From Seison nebaliae (lineage: Eukaryota): 45,450 nucleotides of DNA. Positions 37,673 to 45,450 of the stretch are shown here, one piece after another. The DNA lies in NCBI GenBank assembly GCA_023231475.1, contig JALJEE010002225.1:1-45450 (forward strand). Direction: 5' to 3'. A model generated the notes under the pieces. The model ran no database searches. It was not told the DNA's origin and saw only the letters and a list, made by a program, of their open reading frames with translations. Within the stretch, counting starts at the first letter, position 1, and each line of letters begins with the position of its first letter. A program made the position numbers and the translations under genes.

Positions 37673-39023
37673 GACTAGATAAATTATGAATTAAAATGAA
37701 GTCAATCTCTATATGAAATTACAATTAATTATTAACTATTATTTACCAAATTTATGTCAATTATATAAACAAGAGAAAAATAGGACTATGAAATGGAAGA
37801 AACAAATTATATAACGATTTTTTGGAAAACAATTCGGCTAAATATTTGGAAAAAATACAAATATTTCTATAATTCTTCTAGGACAAATAATTATAAACTG
37901 TGCATAAGTAAGAAACGCGTTATAGTATTTTTTTTATAGTCAGGAGATTTGAGAGTTTCCTATAGATTTGTATCCAATGGATAGATTTACATTCGAGAAA
38001 AGAAAAAACTTATCGAATTTATTAGGAAAAGCTATCATTACATCTGGTGCTTCAAATGAGGTTGTAAAGAATAAATATTTGATTCAATTTTCGAATGAAT
38101 CGAATGTTAGATTAATTATTAATTAATTTTTAGTAAATAAAATTTTAAAGTTAATTTTTCTCTTATCGTTCTCTATGAATGATAATATTTTAAGAACCCA
38201 TCGATAAACTCTGGATTTCTGTGGTTTATTCTTTATTCACAAATATTCCAAATGGAAAATTTCCTACCTATTTTATGATATTCAACATTACAAAGATTAC
38301 TTAATTAGACCAGTTTTATAAAACCTCATAACTGTCCGATTACTTTAAGTTTTTTTTTTTTATTGCAGATGTAAATCCCTATAGGATAATTGATAATTTC
38401 TACTTCATTTCATTCAAGAAAACAGATTTTTTAGCGACTCAACGTCTCCAAACATCAGAGATTTACAAGAATTAATAAATAAGAGTGAAAAAAATTAAGC
38501 TAGAAAGAAGGCTTATTTTCAACATTAGAATTTGTATTATATATTTTTAAAAGGAAAGACAAGAAAATCATTTTCCTAATTATACTATCCAATATCTTTT
38601 AATTGTCTAGGAACATATGAAACATCGTAATATTGAGAAGAATCGGAATAATTTGGCAATAATTTTTTTAATTTTTCTTTTGAATAAATATCGTCTTCGT
38701 TTCATTACTCTTCTTGTTCAAAATATTTCCGTTTTGGTTGAATATTTTCATTGTCATTTATTAACTAAACTCTCAAAATAACTCAATATACGTAAAAGAT
38801 AAACTTCTTACAATAGTAGCACTATTACTTCTAAATTTCGTTCAGTGAAAGTGGAAAGGAGATATGATGAAATTCGGTAAAAACTCTAATCTGTTTCTGT
38901 TTATTTCATTTTATTAATTTCTTTACTATTCAGAACAATATTTCTATTTATAATTTGTTTATTATGTTATTATAAATTTAGTAATTCAGTTTAGTTGGTC
39001 GAATAAAAAAATTGATTTGAAAA
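37673..39023. promoter_or_regulatory. Divergent (head-to-head) intergenic region, probable bidirectional promoter / 5' UTRs
   Basis: Lies between the start codons of ATP6V1H (-) and the GGT-like gene (+). Very AT-rich, with no ORF. Inferred from gene orientation only. Confidence 0.45.
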
Positions 39024-41406
39024 ATGGAAAAAGCATTAGGCGATTTTACATTATATGATGATTGTTAATTTTCGCATTTATTTTCTTTCGAAAAATTTAA
39101 ATGAATTGGAATTGACTACTCTATTTTTCAAGTGATACAACCTCTGGACGATGATCCACATATTGATTTAGATGTGCAAGAAATAGACCAAAATAATAAT
39201 GCAGATGACAATAGTGAACCCAATCCATCTGCCGCACCTCCTATCCAACCAATGGGCGAATATTCACCATTAAGAATAATGAATCCCGCTATTGGATATC
39301 TCGATGAGTTTTTGTTCATTTCAGAAATTTTTGAATTTCCACTATATATTTAGAGAGGCAAAAAGAAGTTTAACTATCATCATTTGGAGTACGATAGTGC
39401 TGACTATTATTATAACAATTGCCCTTCTCATACAAATTTTCGTTGGACTGCCTCAAGTTTAGACTATTCTTTTTCATTATATATATTTATTCAATAACAT
39501 CATTAAAGATCTTACCAAATGGTGTCATTATGAGTAATGAAGCAACATGTTCAGCTGTCGGTAAAAAAATTTTGATGGAAGGAGGCCAAGCTGGAGATAT
39601 CGCTATCGCTGTAATGTTCTGTCTAGCCACTGTAAATCCGTTAGGATCTGGAATTTCAGGGTTCTTAATTGTTTTTCGTGTTTTTATGAGAAATGTTTTA
39701 TGTTGAGTAGAGGAGGATTTGGATTAATACGAAATCATCGGGAAGGCATAAATAAAGTAATAAATTTCCAATTTTTGAATCCTGTTGATTCGCATTATAA
39801 TTATTCTTATGCATTACCTCGTGAAATGGAAATGTTAGAATATTTAAAAGAAACATATTCAAAGTTAGAAATTCAAATGAAACACAATTAATTCATTCAA
39901 AGTAACAGACTTCCACTATCTACTCTTTTGGCAACACCTATCAATTTGGCAACTAATGGTTTCCCCATGAGTAAAGGATTCATAGACCTGCTCATAAGTA
40001 AATATGATAAAGATAACGATATTCAAGTGCTTCCATTGTTCCTTCAAGACAAGTCAAAATGGAAAGTAGGAACAATCGTCAAACGACCAAAATTTGCTCA
40101 CATTCTTCAACAAATTGCTAATAATGGAATTGGATGGCTAAGAAATGGAGAAGTATTCGAAGCTATTCAAAAGAAAGTTTTAATATTAATGACGTATTGA
40201 AATTTTAGAATGTTCTTTAAGTTAAAACCGAAAGGTTTATCGGATCGTCGGAATTATGTGAAACCGCAAATTCATGTTCAAGAATCTAAAGGAATGGCCA
40301 TCAATCAAGGTTTTCTTCCTGAAAATTTTTATTATTTCATTCTCCATCCATTTATTAATTAATCGATCTTCTCAGATTATCAAATTCATTTACCAATTGG
40401 TGCTGATCAATGTACAGGTTTAGGAGCTATGGCTGTAGTTAGTGGTAAATTAGAGAAAACGTTAGAAAAGAAAGATTCAGAGGTTACCAATGCAACATTC
40501 ACACCAAATCTCTATCATATGTTAATCGAAGCGGTGAAACATGTTTATTCGAAATCATTAGGAGATAGAACATCGTTCAATTCCTTCATAACAATTTATT
40601 ACTAAATTTTCTTCTTTTTTTAAGTGAAGAGTATTTAGATGGTCTAGTTGCTCAAATTCTCCAATTGAAAACTGCTATTCCAACATTGGAAACTGCTAAC
40701 GCGGCAAAAGAAATATTGGATCAAAAACCTGAAGCCGGTGCAAATTATATGTCAGTAGTGGATGGAGATGATGTTATAATTACTCTAGTCAGGTTAATGA
40801 AAAAAACCTCAATGAAGTGAAAGTAAAAGTAATTTGAAATTTTTTAGCTCATTAGGTTCAAAATCTCAACCGAATATTTGGACGCCTAACGGAATTCCAT
40901 TGAATAATGGAAGACTTTCATCACGTGGAAAGAAAGAAATTACATCACCGTCATTACCATGTCCAATTCATTATTATAGTGACTTACACCCTTGCGAGTG
41001 GCGTGTAGCCACTGTAGTTCGAGATACACCAGAAGAAGCATTACCATTTTTCATAGTCTTAGAATCATTATTCCTTTCCACCACTGTGGTACAACCAAGT
41101 AATTTGAAGAATGCTCTTCAAATTCCCAGAGTTGTTTGGTCGTCAGATTCGGGTAAATTGTTCTTCGAAAAAAATTTGCCTATTTCCGTACAAAATTTCC
41201 TCACTGTCACCACAAAACACCAACTGGTACAACTAGGAAATAATCCGGAAATGTTCGGAGAATTTAATTTACTTGCAAAATTGAAAACGGAACGTATCGC
41301 TCAAATGGATCAGACACATCAATTTGAATATCAGGAAACAATGTCTCCTCAGAAATTACCGTCAGCAGACGCACCAATGGTAGTTATGGTGAAACGAACT
41401 CAATAA
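39024..41406 (+). CDS. Gamma-glutamyltranspeptidase family, GGT7-like type II membrane protein; 10 exons; probably catalytically inactive
   Basis: Exons 39024-39063, 39133-39307, 39354-39456, 39509-39660, 39711-39863, 39909-40176, 40222-40309, 40376-40574, 40625-40792, 40848-41406 total 1905 nt (634 aa). The TM segment ITIALLIQIFVGLPQ resembles GGT7 VALVMQIYFGDPQ. Other motifs: CSAVGKKIL..GG..DIAIAVMFCL..VNP..SGISGGGF, PINLATNGF, HMLIEAVK and NGIPLNN. Confidence 0.85.
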
Positions 41407-41701
41407 GTATAATTGTAAACACAAACACTTTAGAATAATAACCAAATTTTATTAATGAAAAAAAACAAACAAACAAACAGAATGAAAAAACATTCCATTA
41501 AGAAAAATTGTATCTTTATTGTTTCAATTTGTTAATCATTCGAAGTAAACTGTCACGTTTTAATCGTGTTAGTTTAATTAATAGAATGATTATTTTTTAA
41601 TTGTAATTGAATTCCAATTTGTGAGTGATATATATATTATATTTTGTGGTATTCTTCAAATAAAATTTTATATATTATTTCAAATGTCCGAAATGTCAAT
41701 G

Positions 41702-44700
41702 TCATGATGAAAACACTTTCAATAAACTTCCCATATAACTCGAGCGATTTTTTGATAAATTCGACAGATAATGTTTAGTTGTTTCAAACTTATTTTTTAT
41801 TCCATTATCAATCGACCCAATTATATTTTCTTTTTTCAGAATATTTTCGTAAATCATTTGAAAGATTTGTTTATTCTCAAAATCCTTCTCATTCAATGAC
41901 TCATTCCAATTGAATTCCAATTCCTCCAAATCAATCATATCCTAAAGAATAGAAGAAATTTGAATTTTTAGAAGAATCAAATAAAAATGAAAACTCTTTG
42001 TTTCTTATCGGTCGTTAAACGAACAGTAAAAACATTGGTGATTTTTTTAAATTGTTTATTCAATTGAATTTTCGTATCCTGCAATTGAGCATAGAATAGA
42101 AATAATTTGAAGAAAGAGGAAACTTTTAAAGAAATAATTGCCGAATTGATGAGAGAAATGAAAGAAATTTGAAGAATTTCATTTATCACATTAATTCTAT
42201 CCAATTTCTCACTTATTTCTTTCCAATTCCATTTATCCTGACAATTTATTTCGTTATCAGTCAAATATTGTTGGATGTTGTCTAAAATATTCTCATCGTC
42301 TTGTAATGATTGAATGAATAAACTTAAAAGTTGTTTATCCCTTTTCAAATGTCTTATTGGAGAAGAATGAAGACGATTAAAGATGGATGGGATATTGGTG
42401 GAAATATTTTGTTCTTTCTCCAAATTTTTTGAATAATTTATTAATACTTTCTTTATCGAGTTTAAATGATGAATATCGCCATTTTCATTTTTATGAAATT
42501 TCATCGATTCTCTAAAAAAATCGATGACAAGTTTATCGAATTTAAATAATTCGATAATTTCATTCGATTCGTCGATAATTCGATATTCATGTAATTGTCT
42601 TGAATATGATACGGGAAGAAAAGGAGATAAGACGTTTGAACTGTCAATGATAAAATATCTCTTGTCAGTGTCAGTAATGTTGGGACACAATCGTTGAAAG
42701 ATATTACTTTTCCCAAACATGATTCCTAAAGAGTTGACAATTGAATGAATGAAACGTTTATGTGAACCTTCTTCACTTCCTAACTTCGCATAATTATTCA
42801 ACCAATTATCCCAATCGTCAGTTGATTTGATTGTGGATTGGAATCGATTAAGATATCTTCGTTTCATCGATTCGCTTTCCAATGAATTATCAGTTAGTGT
42901 TATGATATCGAACAATTCAAACATATTTGAAAATTTTGATTGAAATAAACATCTAGATATTTGCTGATAATAAATCGAACGATGTTCCCCATCTACTGAT
43001 AAGAATTTATTTAATAAATTCGATTGTTCAACATCTGAATTAAATAATGGGACATTAGGCACATAATCGACAAGGAAGACGGATAGCAGAGTATTCTGCA
43101 ATTTCATATTCTTCAAATATTTCGCTGATTCATCATAGAATTTGAGATGATTTCTATAAAAGAAATATGAGAATATGTTAAATGTTGTAAATTGGTCATG
43201 ATTCATTCTCTCCATTAAACTCATGATACAATATAATCTAATTCTTTCAATCTCTTCATCATCTGATGAAGGAGATGATGCTAAACAATATAATAATGAT
43301 AATAATAAAATATTATATCGTTTCATTTGATTTTGATCGTCTAACGGATGATTAATCATTTCTTTTAAATTATCTAAAAACTTCTCATTATATTTCTGAT
43401 TTGATTGTTGTACAGTGAAATTTGTTAAATTCAATTCATCCATTGATGATATATCGATATCATTCAATAATTGTTTATAAATTAAAAGTTTCTCATCTTC
43501 CTCTCGAAAATATTGGGGGTAGTCCAATTCCATCGAATGTCGTTTACCCTTCTCTATTCCTTCATTCCACAAACAATTGAGGAAGAGATGTTTAAAATCT
43601 TCTCTTGTATTCGGCATGAGATACGTATAAAGGTTTTGTATAGAATTACTGGAATTTTGAAGAATTTTCACAAATAATTTTGATAGTCGAAATCGATAAT
43701 TTGAACAGAAATTTTCATTACCAAAAATATTGAGAACATTAGTGAAAGTGAGACAGATATCTGATTTTTGTTTATCTTCTCGTTCCAAAACTTCCTCGAT
43801 GAAATTATCGCGATCAATCGATTCGATATGTTTAATTTGAATGAAAAATCGAATTATTTCATCAATTATTTTATCATAATATTCTTTCGTCATTGGAACG
43901 TTGAACAATTCCTTATCTAAATCATCGTCATTGAGTAATAGGCCGAGAACGAAATAAGGAAGGAATGGGAAAATATTGGAAGAAACCATTTGATCATATT
44001 CCATATTCTCGTCCATTCGCTCCTTATATTCCACAATTATTTTCGAATGTTCATTCTCATATTTCTTAATTATTCTGTCATAGATTCCTAATTTTTTCTC
44101 TAAAACTTTTACTCTGTCTCCTTTCTTCTCTGTAGAACTTTGAGATTCATCTATTTCCTGTTGTAATTTTCCACGATCCGATTTGGTGGATTTAATACTC
44201 TTTTCGATTTCATCAATTTTCCCCTTCTTCTCCTCTTTCAATTTTTCGATTGTTTGTCGATGATTAAAAATTATTTCTAAATTATTCTTACAAATTCGTT
44301 TCTTTAATTCTTTCTGATTTGGTTGTTGGAGAATCCAAACACAGAAAGCACAATGTTTCACGATGGAATTCAAATTGAAATAATGTTTAGGAATTTCGAA
44401 CATCTCTTCAATTTTCTCATAATTCTTCAAATGGAATAGGGCGGAAACATAAGCGAGGAAATCTTTCTTTGACGACGGCACTTGCTCCAAAAACGAATTA
44501 TCGATCGATGTGTCTTCTGAGTCGATGGATTGGAGGAACAAATTTACATGTCGATTAATTGCCACATTATAAATGGAGATTGATTTAATAAAATCAACAT
44601 CTTTCAACATCATTCCACAATATAATTGATATAAAGAAATGTCAGCACAATATGAAGTGATAACGTCAACATTAGGACGGATGTTCGCTTTCGGCCATTT

Positions 44701-45192
44701 CATCACATCAACTTCTTCCAATTTCTTCAATCTCAATTCGATTGCTGAAAGAAATCTTGAGAATAAATCCATCCGATTCATATCGATGAATGTCGAATGT
44801 AACATATCAATCATATAATTCGAATAATAAACATTCGTCCGTTTAATTTTATCACTTAATTCCACTTTTCTTTTTAAGAAAGGAATATTATATTTCTTAT
44901 AAATATTCTCATCATTCATTTGAACGTCGAGTAGAAACGATTCGTCAATAATCTTCCATGCCTCTAAAATCTTGCCAGTATTCCTTAATATATGAACTTT
45001 CATAGATAATAATAATGATTGTTCGGGTGGATTCGATACTTTCGATTTCGATATTAAACTTAATGCTGTTTCATATTCATCGTTACGTACAGCATTCTCT
45101 ATTGTCTTCAATCGTTTATTAATCTTTCTCATCGAATCATGATTGCACAGAATCGAATTGATTTTCAATAGTTCAATCTCCTTCGAAGTCAT
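41702..45192 (-). CDS. NAA25: NatB auxiliary subunit (NAA25/MDM20/psidin)-like, divergent
   Basis: Exons 45192-42124, 42078-41995, 41941-41702 (1130 aa); an upstream exon via the acceptor at 45205 is possible. The N-terminus NKRLKTIENAV....ALS....SMKVHILRNTGKILEA resembles NAA25 RRLRPIYDYL...KAIGLQRTGKQEEA. IRLYCIM and SKFSNMFE....DNSL resemble the NatB_MDM20 domain. Confidence 0.7.
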
Positions 45193-45450
45193 TCTTATAT
45201 GATCCTGAAGAGAAAAAAGATCTTATTTTAAATTACTACGCGAAAAGAAAAGTAAAAATTAGGAAAAGAAAAATTGGAAAAATATTTAAAAAATTTAAAT
45301 TTTAACAATAAATATCCGAGAGATAATATCGAAAGAAGAATGTTTAAATTTACATAAAAGAATAATTCTCCTTCCATACATTTTGAACAGTTTTCGCCCA
45401 TTCTGGAATTTTCGTATTCAAAATGAAAGTTGGACAATCAAGAATTTGCT

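Noticed and set aside
1686..45437. Numerous 60-95 aa ORFs antisense to or overlapping real genes, or in AT-rich spacers
   Set aside because: Shadow frames or F/I/L/K-rich compositional artefacts with no motifs; several start at TTG/GTG inside introns.
1..45450. Prokaryotic systems (CRISPR arrays, operons, defence islands), rRNA or tRNA genes
   Set aside because: The sequence is intron-containing animal DNA; no repeat-spacer array or structural RNA gene was seen.

Overview
This is a eukaryotic (animal, invertebrate-type) genomic window. It is very AT-rich, uses the standard genetic code and has many tiny spliceosomal introns, so the ORF track fragments most genes. I rebuilt the spliced models by hand, and each one closes in frame. 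Gene order: intronless CatSper4-like channel subunit (+); the cholinergic locus, with an intronless VAChT directly upstream of a 10-intron ChAT and a predicted shared first exon (+); a divergent SLC6 transporter (-); a decayed LINE reverse-transcriptase fragment (-); a ~16 kb discs-large MAGUK gene (-); an intronless V-ATPase subunit H (-); a GGT7-like protein lacking the catalytic Thr (+); and a divergent NAA25/MDM20 (-). The most striking signal is the splice code. Of 41 reconstructed introns, 39 begin GTT rather than GTA/GTG, with no conservation at +4 to +6. Fourteen of 41 end in AAG, and 38 are only 33-70 nt long. Several proteins also carry substitutions at normally conserved functional residues (CatSper4 filter, SLC6 Na1/Cl sites, GGT nucleophile, DLG PDZ3). 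The organism cannot be identified from the sequence alone. Family assignments rest on recalled motifs, not database searches.
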